NCBI GenBank assembly: GCA_054661495.1
Contig: BAAFSQ010000283.1
Span: 1 to 13,020, forward strand
Direction: 5' to 3'
Length of the DNA stretch: 13,020 bases
Source: Zygophlyctis sp. KS116
Taxonomy: Eukaryota; Fungi; Chytridiomycota
Shown: one piece after another, positions 1 to 8,561 of the stretch
How positions within the stretch are numbered: the stretch's first letter is position 1
Layout of the letters: each line of letters opens with the position of its first letter
The notes under the pieces: generated by a model
What the model saw: only the letters and a program-made list of their open reading frames with translations
Told to the model about the DNA's origin: nothing
The model's database searches: none
Translations under genes and position numbers: made by a program

Positions 1-436
1 TGCTGCCAATGCCCAATCAATAGTTGGCAAGGACTGCCCCAATTTCCAACCATGTTTGAATGATAATGATCTCTACAAAACTGCTACTTGTGATCCACTT
101 CAATCAAGGAATGCTAGCTGGTACAGTGTTTGCCTCTGTTTGAACAATGTTAACATTGGAAACTGCTTCAAACAATGCACTTCAGATCCTTTAGCTGTTT
201 CACAGGGAGCTGCCTTCCAAGCTACGATTATCAGTAGCTGTTCTGCTGTCAATATTGATCCTAAAGGACCATTGCCTCAAGCTCCATGGGTTTCTGGAAC
301 AATTCCAATAGCTACTATGGGAATGCCTTCTGGAAAGGCTACCTCAACTACTACTGCCTTGGCAAAAAATAATGCTCAAAAACTCATGTCAACATTTTCT
401 GGACTTGTCTTTATGTTGTGCGCATTAAGCCAATAA
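1..436 (+). CDS. 5'-truncated secreted, probably GPI-anchored Cys-rich surface protein (loosely CFEM-like Cys spacing)
   Basis: The frame is open from nt 2 (AANAQSIVGKDCPNFQPC...). A-N-A|Q fits a signal-peptide cleavage site. The mature part has 8 Cys, including CxC and Cx3C, then a Ser/Thr/Pro stalk, an NN omega-like site and a hydrophobic tail (FSGLVFMLCAL). Stop TAA at 434-436. Confidence 0.7.
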   Translation, partial: AANAQSIVGKDCPNFQPCLNDNDLYKTATCDPLQSRNASWYSVCLCLNNVNIGNCFKQCTSDPLAVSQGAAFQATIISSCSAVNIDPKGPLPQAPWVSGTIPIATMGMPSGKATSTTTALAKNNAQKLMSTFSGLVFMLCALSQ

Positions 437-481
437 TAAAATTGATCATAAAGTATCTTGTTTCATTTTAAGATAAGTAAC

Positions 482-1606
482 TTATTGTAGCTTGTATCCA
501 ATATAAGAAATTGCAATTCCAAATGCCAAATATACCAATAACTTTGAACCCGACTGATGAACCTGAGACATTTTCACCTTGAGTTCATTTTTAAGTTTTC
601 CTTGAGATGAATCAGTTATAAGAGCTTCACTAAATTCCCACAACTTCTTTGCCAGGGCCGGATCATCAACTTTGGGGTGTAATCCCTCTCCTTGACTGAG
701 TTTACAATCATAGTAATAACCACCAGGGACAACTTTTGGATCAAGTGCAGCAACTAAAGTCGTAGAAACACCTTCTGGAATAGACTTTGATCTTTGTCCA
801 GATATCAATGATAGCTTTTGTGTTGATAATAAGCTCCAAAACACAAAGAGTGTATCTTTAGAGACACCAGTAACGTTATTCAAAGTAAATATATGACGTA
901 CTAATTCTGTCCCAGTTATCACTCCTGGATGAACCGCAACAGAAATAACATTCTTTGATTGATACCGATTATTCAGTTCTTTAGTGAATAGAATGTTGCA
1001 GAGTTTAGACTGACCATATCTTTCCCAAGAATTATACGATTCATCACCATTAATATCATCAAATCTGATACCTTGAGAAGGAGAAAATAAAAATTGACCC
1101 ATAGAGGACAAATTCACTACTCTTGATGGTGAATTTGGAGTTCCACTTTTCATTAAAATGGGAAGCAAAAGAATAGTAAGATAAAAATGCCCAAAATGAT
1201 TGACTCCAAATTGCATTTCAAGACCATCTTCTGTCAACAATTTCGGACAAGCCATAACTCCAGCATTATTGATTAGAATATCTAGAGTCTTGAATTTTGA
1301 TTCAAACTTGACTGAAAACTCCTTGATTGACTTTTTCGATCCAAGATCCAATTGCATAAACATAATATCTGCATCTTCAACAGTAGATTTAATCTTTTCA
1401 ACTGCAGCTTCTCCTAAATTGATATTTCTGCAAGCAAGAATAACTGTTGCTCCTTTTGAAGCCAAACATTTAACAGTCTCAAATCCAAGACCAGTATTAG
1501 CTCCAGTAACAATGACGATCTTATCCCGACAGTTATCAGCAAACTTATCAGCTACTTGATCACCAATCGTAGCAGCTCCAAACTCTCCAGAGACATTGTT
1601 TCCCAT
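482..1606 (-). CDS. Short-chain dehydrogenase/reductase, retinol dehydrogenase (RDH12/14)/WWOX-like, 374 aa, no introns seen
   Basis: TGANTGLG dinucleotide-binding motif, NNAGVM, VNHFGHF and catalytic YGQSK (YxxxK). N-terminal MGxxxS and a C-terminal hydrophobic helix. Confidence 0.93.
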   Translation of the reverse strand: MGNNVSGEFGAATIGDQVADKFADNCRDKIVIVTGANTGLGFETVKCLASKGATVILACRNINLGEAAVEKIKSTVEDADIMFMQLDLGSKKSIKEFSVKFESKFKTLDILINNAGVMACPKLLTEDGLEMQFGVNHFGHFYLTILLLPILMKSGTPNSPSRVVNLSSMGQFLFSPSQGIRFDDINGDESYNSWERYGQSKLCNILFTKELNNRYQSKNVISVAVHPGVITGTELVRHIFTLNNVTGVSKDTLFVFWSLLSTQKLSLISGQRSKSIPEGVSTTLVAALDPKVVPGGYYYDCKLSQGEGLHPKVDDPALAKKLWEFSEALITDSSQGKLKNELKVKMSQVHQSGSKLLVYLAFGIAISYIGYKLQ

Positions 1607-1769
1607 TTCCTAACAAATTACGTCACCCTCAACATTGAAAAGACTTTATTATGTTTTCTCCACAATTGAAAACTCTGCAACTTTAGATGTCATGAGCAAT
1701 CCAATGATTAATCCAAAAAGTCCAATAATTGATCCAAAAATCTCAATTACTAAAACTTTAACAAACAAT
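1517..1769. repeat. Direct repeat copy 1 (SDR 5' end + 42-bp spacer + VMA16 3' end)
   Basis: 1586-1769 is identical to 2883-3066 (184 bp, offset 1297). 1517-1585 aligns to 2835-2882 with 5 substitutions and a 21-nt deletion in copy 2. Confidence 0.97.
1649..1769 (-). pseudogene. Orphan duplicate of the VMA16 3' end ([12 protein letters not shown]...IVEKT*)
   Basis: Identical to the last ~39 codons of VMA16 (2946-3066). The sequence upstream of it is unrelated insert DNA. Confidence 0.85.
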
Positions 1770-2834
1770 GATTTCACGCCCCTGTAATTAAGCGACCCAT
1801 TTCTATATGTCCAATGCAATGATTGACTCCTACTTATGGATTTTTCCATAGTGAAGAGAGTGAAAGAGCAACTTGAGCGACTACTAGCAATGGAGAAAAC
1901 ATTCATATGCAATCAATATCTTTTGGAGAAATTTGATGCTTCAGTCAATGAGTCTTTGTTAAGTGGTAATATATGCTTCCGATGATGAGCTGCAGTGTCC
2001 TTTGGCAAAAATCCATGTCCTGGATGGGGAACATAAGTTACGTTTTACATTATGAACAATTTGAAATTTCCACTGTCTTGATAGATCAATTGTTTCTGTT
2101 CGCACTAGCGATTTGGACGCTGCAGTCCAACGAGAGGGGTCGTGATGTCAGAAAATTCTACAAAATGGAAAAACAATCAACTTCAACGTCCTCGCCGACA
2201 ACAAGTGAAAGCAGCACTTATTCAATTCATGATCCACCTGGATATATTGAGCCTTCATTACAAGATATGCTCCTCACTGACATTACCGCCGAAAAGTTGT
2301 TGTCTGTCGCAAAAGTGCTTGGAGTGGGATATTTATCACCTGCAGCTGAATTCCCAGGTTCCTTCCCGGTTAATGGAGAAATATATGGACCAAACAATCG
2401 CCTCATGATTAACCTTGTTTGTTGCCGACGAGGAAGAAACACAGAAGCCATAAATGTCATATTTCTTATTGATACTGGTTCTCCAATCTCTTACCTATCA
2501 GAGAAGGCCATGATCGCATTGATTGGAAATCCTGGAAGTCATTTACCTGAGCAGTTACCAGTCATTATTCATTCAAAAGAACTTATCAAATGCTATTTAT
2601 CACCTCGTGATAAACACTTTGCGGATGTGAATGTGCTTGGGATGGATTTCTTGATTGTAAACAGATTAACTTTAAAAGTGAGTTGTCGCACAAATATTTG
2701 TACTTTTCTGGTTGAGGAAAATGAATAACTTCTTCTACATGCTTTTTTAAAGTGCTTTGAATCATTAAAACTTAAATTTTAATACTATTGAGTAAATGGT
2801 AGCAATCGGTGCTCAATCGATTCATGCTACTAAT
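1770..2834. mobile_element. Putative 1065-bp insertion carrying a retropepsin-like ORF between long direct repeats
   Basis: Unique sequence bounded by the two repeat copies. Removing it plus one copy restores a compact VMA16-SDR tandem with a 42-bp spacer. I saw no transposase, RT, TIR or LTR. Confidence 0.45.
2165..2728 (+). CDS. Retropepsin-like (clan AA, single-domain) aspartic protease, ~187 aa (the frame is open from 1973)
   Basis: Catalytic motif IFLIDTGSPISYLS (Asp codon 2471-2473) and the downstream psi-loop/helix motif NVLGMDFL. ATG 2165 is in an AAAATGG context. No introns. Confidence 0.75.
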   Translation: MEKQSTSTSSPTTSESSTYSIHDPPGYIEPSLQDMLLTDITAEKLLSVAKVLGVGYLSPAAEFPGSFPVNGEIYGPNNRLMINLVCCRRGRNTEAINVIFLIDTGSPISYLSEKAMIALIGNPGSHLPEQLPVIIHSKELIKCYLSPRDKHFADVNVLGMDFLIVNRLTLKVSCRTNICTFLVEENE

Positions 2835-2903
2835 GATCTTATCCCTAAAGTTATCATCACCAAACGTGGCAGCTCCAAACTGTCCAGAGACATTGTTTCC
2901 CAT
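2772..2903 (-). pseudogene. Decayed duplicate of the SDR 5' end (MGNNVSGQFGAATFGDDNFRDKI, running into insert sequence; 43-aa ORF)
   Basis: Compared with the SDR start MGNNVSGEFGAATIGDQVADKFADNCRDKI, it has a 7-codon in-frame deletion and substitutions. Confidence 0.8.
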
Positions 2904-3066
2904 TTCCTAACAAATTACGTCACCCTCAACATTGAAAAGACTTTATTATGTTTTCTCCACAATTGAAAACTCTGCAACTTTAGATGTCATGAGCAATCCA
3001 ATGATTAATCCAAAAAGTCCAATAATTGATCCAAAAATCTCAATTACTAAAACTTTAACAAACAAT
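2835..3066. repeat. Direct repeat copy 2
   Basis: Matches copy 1 (1517-1769). Contains the functional VMA16 stop codon and the decayed SDR start. Confidence 0.97.
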
Positions 3067-3604
3067 TGAGCATCTGAAGCATCCGCAATAGCACAAGTTG
3101 ATCCTGTAATTCCTACACAGACACCACATGCTAAATTAGACATACCAACTGTTAATCCTGCCCAAAATAATGCATATCCTAAAATAAACTTTAATTTAGT
3201 TTACCGGTATAATAAGATGATCTAGACCATTGAAATCCTTCAGGAACAACCACAGAATTCATTTTTGAAGAGAATACAATTGCAATAATTAGACCATAGA
3301 TGGCAACGACTTCACAAAAGATTATAGAAATTAGATTTTTAGTTCTTATTCTAGGGGCCTTGACTGCTGCACCAACTAGTGAAGATCCAGTAATGTAGAT
3401 TCCCCAACCGGCACCGACAACGGATAAACCAATGGTCAATGCTGCACCAGTCAGTGCCCACATGTAAGGGGAGGTAACAGTCAGATAATGCCCAAAATTG
3501 AAAGCTTCGCCATTTCCGGTAAATAGCAATTCAAGGGCAACAATTGCTGCAAACAGCAAAATAATGTAAAACAAAATAGCAATTTTCGATGGGATATAAA
3601 TCAT
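2946..3604 (-). CDS. VMA16: V-type ATPase V0 proteolipid subunit c'' (Vma16/ATP6V0B), 210 aa; complement(join(2946..3178,3205..3604))
   Basis: [44 protein letters not shown] and [14 protein letters not shown] 26-nt GT-AG intron (3179-3204) restores ...YYTG|YALFWAG. Confidence 0.95.
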
Positions 3605-3741
3605 TACACTTTTTAATAAAATTGGAATATTCGGTTCAGAAGCACTTGCGATATTTGATTGATTTAATGGAAGTAAAGGATACAGGTCGCTAGAGCTTTC
3701 TTTAGCAAATCTGCGCTTAATTTTGTCAGTCAAACGCGAAG

Positions 3742-6106
3742 TTAACGCCTGACCACAAATGCTGAGGGAAACCATCCCATGGATCCTTGATGAGTACTTC
3801 CATACCACCAATCAGGACCACGGCCTATTACTCTGGAAACTACAATAACACTTCCCAGATCCAGACTTAGTTCATCGTGTGCATCACTCTTGAATGGATA
3901 AATCACAACTGCTTCAAAAAATTCTTTAGAATCACGAAAATCAATTAGAGGTATAGAGGATGCATTAGAGACGGGAGATAAAATTTCATTTTGAGGTGAA
4001 CTTGTTTCTTTAAGGTCTTTTGATCCCTCCTTTCCCTCCAGTTCTTTTGACGTTTCATCTTTAATTTAAGAAATAATTTAATAAGTACAAAACATTCCGT
4101 GTCTCCAGACTGATAGTAGCTTTATATCTCTAGTTAAAATATCTAGATCAGAATCTACTAGAAAAGAATTTTTCCAGGAAGAAATGAGATTTGGGTCTTT
4201 AGGAATTCCAAGTTTACCAAGTGCTAAAACTAAAGCTTCATATACACGCATGGACATTTCAATAATAGAAATGTATATTTGCTCCATACATTCTTCAATA
4301 ATATTAAGGAATACAGGAAGATCAGATATTAATTGCTCATGAAGACTGATGTAGTCTTGAGCAGAGTTTTGGAGAGGTTTATCAACCTAAAAGTTTTAAG
4401 TTACTTGACTTACAATTTCCCCTTTGGCTTTAAGATTATTGGCTCTTTCAAAATCAAGACATTTCGCATCACGTTTCTTTATGATGAGAAGTGGATTTTT
4501 AAATGTCAGCAAAATTGATTGTAATGCAGGACCAATGCTGGATTTAATTGTAGATTCTGCTTCTTTCCATGGTCCAGATGCTAATTGGAAGCATATTTGG
4601 CGAAATAGACGGATTTTATCCAAATTTGGTGGCCTAGGCCTGCTGGGATCATCAAGACCAGCATGATAAACTTCTTCTAAAGCTAATGCAATTCTTTCTT
4701 GAGATTCTAAATAATCTAAGATTAAGTTCACTTTTTATACCCTTGATTGAGCGAGTCCATGCGTACAGCTTGGCATCCATTTTTTGAAGTGATTTGTACT
4801 GCGACTCGAATTTTTCGTAAATTGCTTCATAAAGCCCATCATGCTATTTTATTAAATAAATTAAAATACCGTAGATTCATCTGCAAGCCCTGTAGCAATT
4901 TTGATCTTTTCTTTAAAAACCAAATCTCACCTGTTGAGTTGTCCTTGAAATTTTCTTTGTAATTCCATGCATAACATTATGAGGTCCTTTTCCATCTACA
5001 TACTTATCCACTAATTCTTTTCGTTTCTTTAGTTCATTTATATTCTCTGCCATATTCTCAAGATCCTGTAAAACTTTTTCCAAATGTTGATAGTCTTCAT
5101 GATTGCCCAGAGTCATTTTAAGCAATTGCTAAAACATTAAAATTATAAAACATACTTTAATGAGTAAAGGATACTTCAACACCCTTTGAACAGGCTTTAT
5201 AAGTAATGATCCAAGATCCCAGGCTCCAGTTCTTCCTTGCAACTGTGATTGACATGATTTAAAAAACTCCTTAATTCTAACATCTTCCTTTTCCAATAAT
5301 TCTTGTGCCTTTGAGACTACTGCATCATGATCCTTACAATATTCCCCATAAGCAACCTCTAATTTTGTAATCTAGTTTAAGTTTTCAGATCAACTTACGT
5401 GTTTCTTTAGTACAGGACCGACTAGATCACTATTTACACCTATTTCCAAATCCGTTAAAAACCCACTAGATACATCTATAATACAATCAACATTTCCAAA
5501 CAGTAATTCCAAATCTATTACAGAAAAGTATTTTGCTTCCTTTGCTGGAATAATGTAAATTGACTTTAACAGCCTCATATCAGTCAAGAAACTTTGTTCA
5601 GACACTAAAAGTTCCTTTAGAATATGCGACCTCTGTATATCTTCTTCAGATTGTTTCCGCACCAGTTGTTGAGGAACCTTTAAAACACGACTCTCCACTT
5701 GACTAGCGCCTACTTGAGAACCTCTTTGACTCCCTTCTCGTCTGTCAGCAGTAATATTAAGACTTTGATTATTTGAAGCTGACTTATTCCCTTCACTTTC
5801 TGTTTTATTATTCCCAGTTTTTAGATAATTACTATTAGGAATAAACGGATTCCCTTCTTCCATAAATGGGTTTTGCAAATGGCCAATTGAGTGAGGAATA
5901 GATTTAGTTGGAGGAGACTGCAGTTTGGGAGGAATCGTTGGCTTAATTTTAACAGTTGAATCATTTGTTTTGGGCGACGCAACACTGCTATGCGGTTGAA
6001 CTACCAAATGTGATGGTTTGATTGGTTTCATTGGTTTAGATTTCTGCGGTTTGTCTGCAGCAACTTGCTCTTCAAAGAACTTTTTTAAATTTGAAACATT
6101 GGCCAT
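3742..6106 (-). CDS. Rho/Cdc42 GEF with DH, BAR and SH3 domains (Tuba/DNMBP/ARHGEF37-like), 725 aa; exons 5399-6106, 5156-5371, 4931-5128, 4870-4905, 4741-4843, 4414-4715, 4089-4386, 3742-4058
   Basis: DH motifs [32 protein letters not shown] and [11 protein letters not shown]-like helix [13 protein letters not shown]...[10 protein letters not shown]3 [13 protein letters not shown]...DWWYG...GWFPSAFV. Seven GT-AG introns (27, 27, 25, 26, 25, 27, 30 nt) give a 2178-nt uninterrupted frame. Confidence 0.88.
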
Positions 6107-6215
6107 TCACTGCAAGATTTAAATTTATTTTCTGGCCTGTATAAAATCTGAATTAAAAGCGGTGTCGGTCCGCAGCCAAACCAAACGTCATTCTCCAAAC
6201 AATGCATTCAATTGT

Positions 6216-7124
6216 ATGAATCAATCAGGATTTCATAAAAGAAAAAGTCGAGATCTTAAACCGGTTGAATTAAGAGCCATCATTGGTAGAAAAGGTTATG
6301 ATCCGCTTACAAATGATGTACAAGATTCAACAAACATTCAGTCTATTTCTCATGAAACTCCAAGCTCCCCATTAGCCAAGGAATTATTAGATCATGTAGA
6401 GCCACATTTTGAAAATTCGGACATTGTTCGAGATATCGTTATCGGACTTTCTGATGGACTTACAGTACCTTTTGCGCTTGCAGCTGGATTAGCAACCTTT
6501 GATAATTCTCGTTTAGTAGTTGCTGCAGGAATGGCAGAGATTGTTGCAGGAGCTATTTCAATGGGATTGGGAGGATATTTAGCAGGTCATTTAGAAGTCG
6601 AACACTATGATGCTGAAAGACGTCGAGAAGAGTTTGAAGTTGAAACAGTTCCTGAAAAAGAAGAAGAAGAAATCATTGAAATTTTTGAACCTTTTGGATT
6701 AACTAAAAAGGATTTAGAACCAATGCTTAAGGTTTTAAAGAAAGATCCTGTAAAATGGGTTGATTTTATGATGGTATTCTTTTATTACTAAAAATAATAG
6801 AAGTTTGAATTATCATTAGAAAGACCATCAAAATGGAGAATGTAGATTTCAGCAATTACAATTGGTTTGTCCTATTTTGTAATATTTGAATACTAATTTT
6901 TTTAGATTGGAGGATTAATACCTTTGACGCCTTATATGATTGTGTCTTCTGCATCAAAAGCTTTATATTGGTCTCTGGGATTTACACTTTCTTGTCTATT
7001 TGTTTTTGGATACATTAAAGGAAAACTTATCGGGAGTCCGAATCCACTATCATCTGCATTAAGTATGATGATGATTGGAGGAATGGCTGCTGGATGTGCA
7101 TATTGGATCGCTTCATCAACTTGA
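6216..7124 (+). CDS. CCC1: VIT1/CCC1 vacuolar Fe/Mn transporter, copy A; join(6216..6773,6801..6878,6906..7124); one internal TAG at 6843-6845 (recoded gene or recent pseudogene)
   Basis: VRDIVIGLSDGLTVPFALAAGL, AGAISMGLGGYL, a Glu-rich metal-binding domain and FMM|KFEL. Two 27-nt introns. The TAG aligns with the Trp codon (TGG) of copy B. Confidence 0.85.
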
Positions 7125-7230
7125 GTAAATTTACAATAAAAATCTAATAATTTATTGTCTATCCAATTCATTCAACCATGTCAGTCATAATTAGGGCTAT
7201 GAACTGGTTAAGAATTTTTCACAAATTTGA

Positions 7231-8114
7231 ATGACTGAAACATCTAAATTTGAAGAGCCAGACACTAAAGTACTAAAATCTTCTGCATCTGTTGTCACCG
7301 ATGAAACTCAGATTGTAATTCAATCCAATTCCCGAAGAGATAGTTGCAGTTCAGACTCATCGCGTGGGCATAAGGAACCCCATTTCGGATCAGCAGAAGT
7401 TGTTCGAGATATCGTTATTGGACTTTCTGATGGACTTACAGTACCATTTGCACTTGCAGCCGGATTAGCAACTCTTGATAATTCTCGTTTAGTAGTTACC
7501 GCCGGAATGGCTGAAGTAGTTGCGGGAGCCATTTCAATGGGATTGGGAGGATATTTGGCTGGATTATCTGAAATCGAACATTATGATGCTGAAAGACTTC
7601 GAGAAAAACATGAAGTTGAAACAGTTCCTGAAAGAGAAGAAGAAGAAATTGTTGAAATATTTGAACCTTTTGGATTAACTAAAAAAGATTTAGCACCAAT
7701 GTTAAATGTACTTCGAAATGATAAAGAGGCATGGGTAGATTTCATGATGAAATTTGAATTACAATTAGAAAGACCTTCAGTATTTCGCTCTTGGATATCT
7801 GCATTAACCATTGGATTTTCTTATTTTCTTGGTGGTTTAATACCATTAATCCCATACATGGTAATTTCCGAAGCGATGAAAGCCATGGAACTTTCAATAG
7901 GAGTAACACTTTTTGCCTTATTTATATTTGGATTTGTAATAATTTTTATTTTAATTCTAGGTAAAAGCCAAAATTTTGGGAACTCCAAATCCTCTTTTAT
8001 CAGCCGTACAAATGATGATTGTTGGTGGAGCAGCCGCAGGATGTGCATATGGAATAGCCAAAGGTACTTTGAAACTTTTAAACAAAATTAGCAATCCCAC
8101 AACCTGAAATTTAA
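7231..8114 (+). CDS. CCC1: VIT1/CCC1 vacuolar Fe/Mn transporter, copy B, 276 aa; join(7231..7935,7961..8063,8092..8114)
   Basis: Same family motifs as copy A. A 25-nt intron (7936-7960) restores FGF|VKAKILGTPNPLLSAVQMMIVGGAAAGCAYGIAK. The last 28-nt intron (8064-8091) is probable but not required; unspliced, the stop is at 8105-8107. Confidence 0.92.
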
Positions 8115-8514
8115 TTCTTGACTTTATTCCAGAATTCATCATCTTGTTGTCTTGTTGAATCATTTTCCAGTTTAACCTTGATTCCCTCTGTTTGAAGATC
8201 TTTAACTCTTAACATGCTAAAATGAGAAGTCCAAGATCCCAGACATGCATTATCAAATGCAGTCTTGAAACCATCACAAACATAAAGCGCCTCTGTGTCT
8301 CTTGATTTTGGCTCTGTAATAAATCAACTTCAATTTAGAAATTACCAAATTTAATTTTCAGCGGGTCAATTTCCAAAATCTCCTTGTAATCTCTTGGACA
8401 AAGACCTTGAAGCCAAAGACTATGATTGTCTAAACATGAAAAATATTCATCTCTTGCTTTCCAACATGTACTTCTTTCTTTTGAAGTTGGCGGCCTATCA
8501 CTTCCAATGACCAT
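8111..8514 (-). CDS. COA6: Cytochrome c oxidase assembly factor 6 (COA6/COX6B-like family), 123 aa; complement(join(8111..8313,8346..8514)); missing from the ORF track
   Basis: PPTSKERSTCWKARDEYFSC (Cx9C) and CDGFKTAFDNACLGSWTSHF (Cx10C..SW..HF). One 32-nt intron at 8314-8345. Confidence 0.85.
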
Positions 8515-8561
8515 TTTAAGTTGAGAACGCTCCTGCGCCGCCTCCTACGACACTAAAGAAA
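8515..8561. promoter_or_regulatory. Putative 47-bp bidirectional promoter between COA6 and MRPL22
   Basis: Head-to-head ATGs at 8514 and 8562. A GC-rich core (CGCTCCTGCGCCGCCTCCTACGACAC) sits in an AT-rich background. Confidence 0.55.

Noticed and set aside
1649-1912. 87-aa chimeric ORF ending in the VMA16 C-terminus as a real gene
   Set aside because: It is explained by the duplicated VMA16 tail lying in frame with non-homologous insert sequence. There is no other support.
1836-1985. 49-aa ORF ([12 protein letters not shown]...) as an upstream exon of the protease
   Set aside because: The most plausible tiny intron (1966-1995) leads to a stop 12 codons later. It may be a relic of a longer element gene, but I cannot support that.
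3605-3811. N-terminal extension of VMA16 in the ORF track
   Set aside because: It begins at a non-ATG codon and overlaps the RhoGEF SH3 exon in another frame. ATG 3604 gives a normal 210-aa protein.
6843-6845. Genome-wide reassignment of TAG to a sense codon
   Set aside because: TAG ends MRPL22 (9177-9179) and ArsC (12628-12630) at plausible C-termini, and none of the other 13 reconstructed genes has an internal TAG.
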